A DNA stretch of 63,934 bases, the filler included, from Choristocarpus tenellus KU-1152 (Eukaryota > Protista > Phaeophyceae), in the NCBI GenBank assembly GCA_964200185.2. It is 8 parts of 8 records of this genome, joined end to end, with 100 filler letters (N's around TTAATTAATTAA, not from the genome) between each part and the next. Parts side by side here need not be neighbours in the genome. Positions count along the whole stretch, not along the records: positions 50,592 to 63,934 come from CAXNAD020001516.1; 7 more parts are not named here. The stretch is one strand, 5' to 3'. This document shows, piece after piece, positions 63,823 through 63,934 of this stretch (position 1 is the stretch's first letter; each line of letters begins with the position of its first letter). Below the pieces are notes generated by a model, which did no database searches, was not told the DNA's origin, and saw only the letters and a list, made by a program, of their open reading frames with translations. The translations under genes and the position numbers were made by a program.

Positions 63823-63934
63823 CTGTGCCTAACGTCAGTGCACCGTGAGACATCGCGATTTGGATGGGGGGGGGGGGGGGGGGGGGGGCTGCAGGGGGGG
63901 GGGGGGGGGGAGGGAGGGGGGGGGTGGGGGGGGG

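Noticed and set aside
63865-63934. Long poly-G tracts (also ~12795-12910, 24255-24275, 9324-9345) as functional G-quadruplexes
   Set aside because: They lie at contig ends or gaps where homopolymer length is unreliable, so no function can be supported.

Overview
Eukaryotic nuclear DNA. The window holds eight unrelated short contigs joined by artificial N44-TTAATTAATTAA-N44 linkers, so gene order across linkers is meaningless. Intron-rich genes, TTAGGG tracts, a Zn2Cys6 factor and the LINE type suggest a stramenopile, probably a brown alga (inference). Spliced by hand, it contains partial or complete genes for TAF12, allantoicase (with a GC-AG intron), a TBC1D23-like C-terminus, a long-chain acyl-CoA synthetase, a Zn2Cys6 transcription factor, indoleamine 2,3-dioxygenase, an SDR, a small conserved protein and a CD20/MS4A-like membrane protein. 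Repeats include an abundant ~180-bp MITE with 4-bp TSDs, a related ~260-bp MITE, CRE-like LINE 3' ends and a quasi-periodic motif array. The most striking signal is absent from the ORF track: a decayed, AT-rich bacterial PBP1A (mrcA) transglycosylase fragment of Rickettsiales-like type at 61205-61675. It abuts a (TTAGGG)4 tract and a host MITE, and is probably an endosymbiont-to-nucleus DNA insertion.
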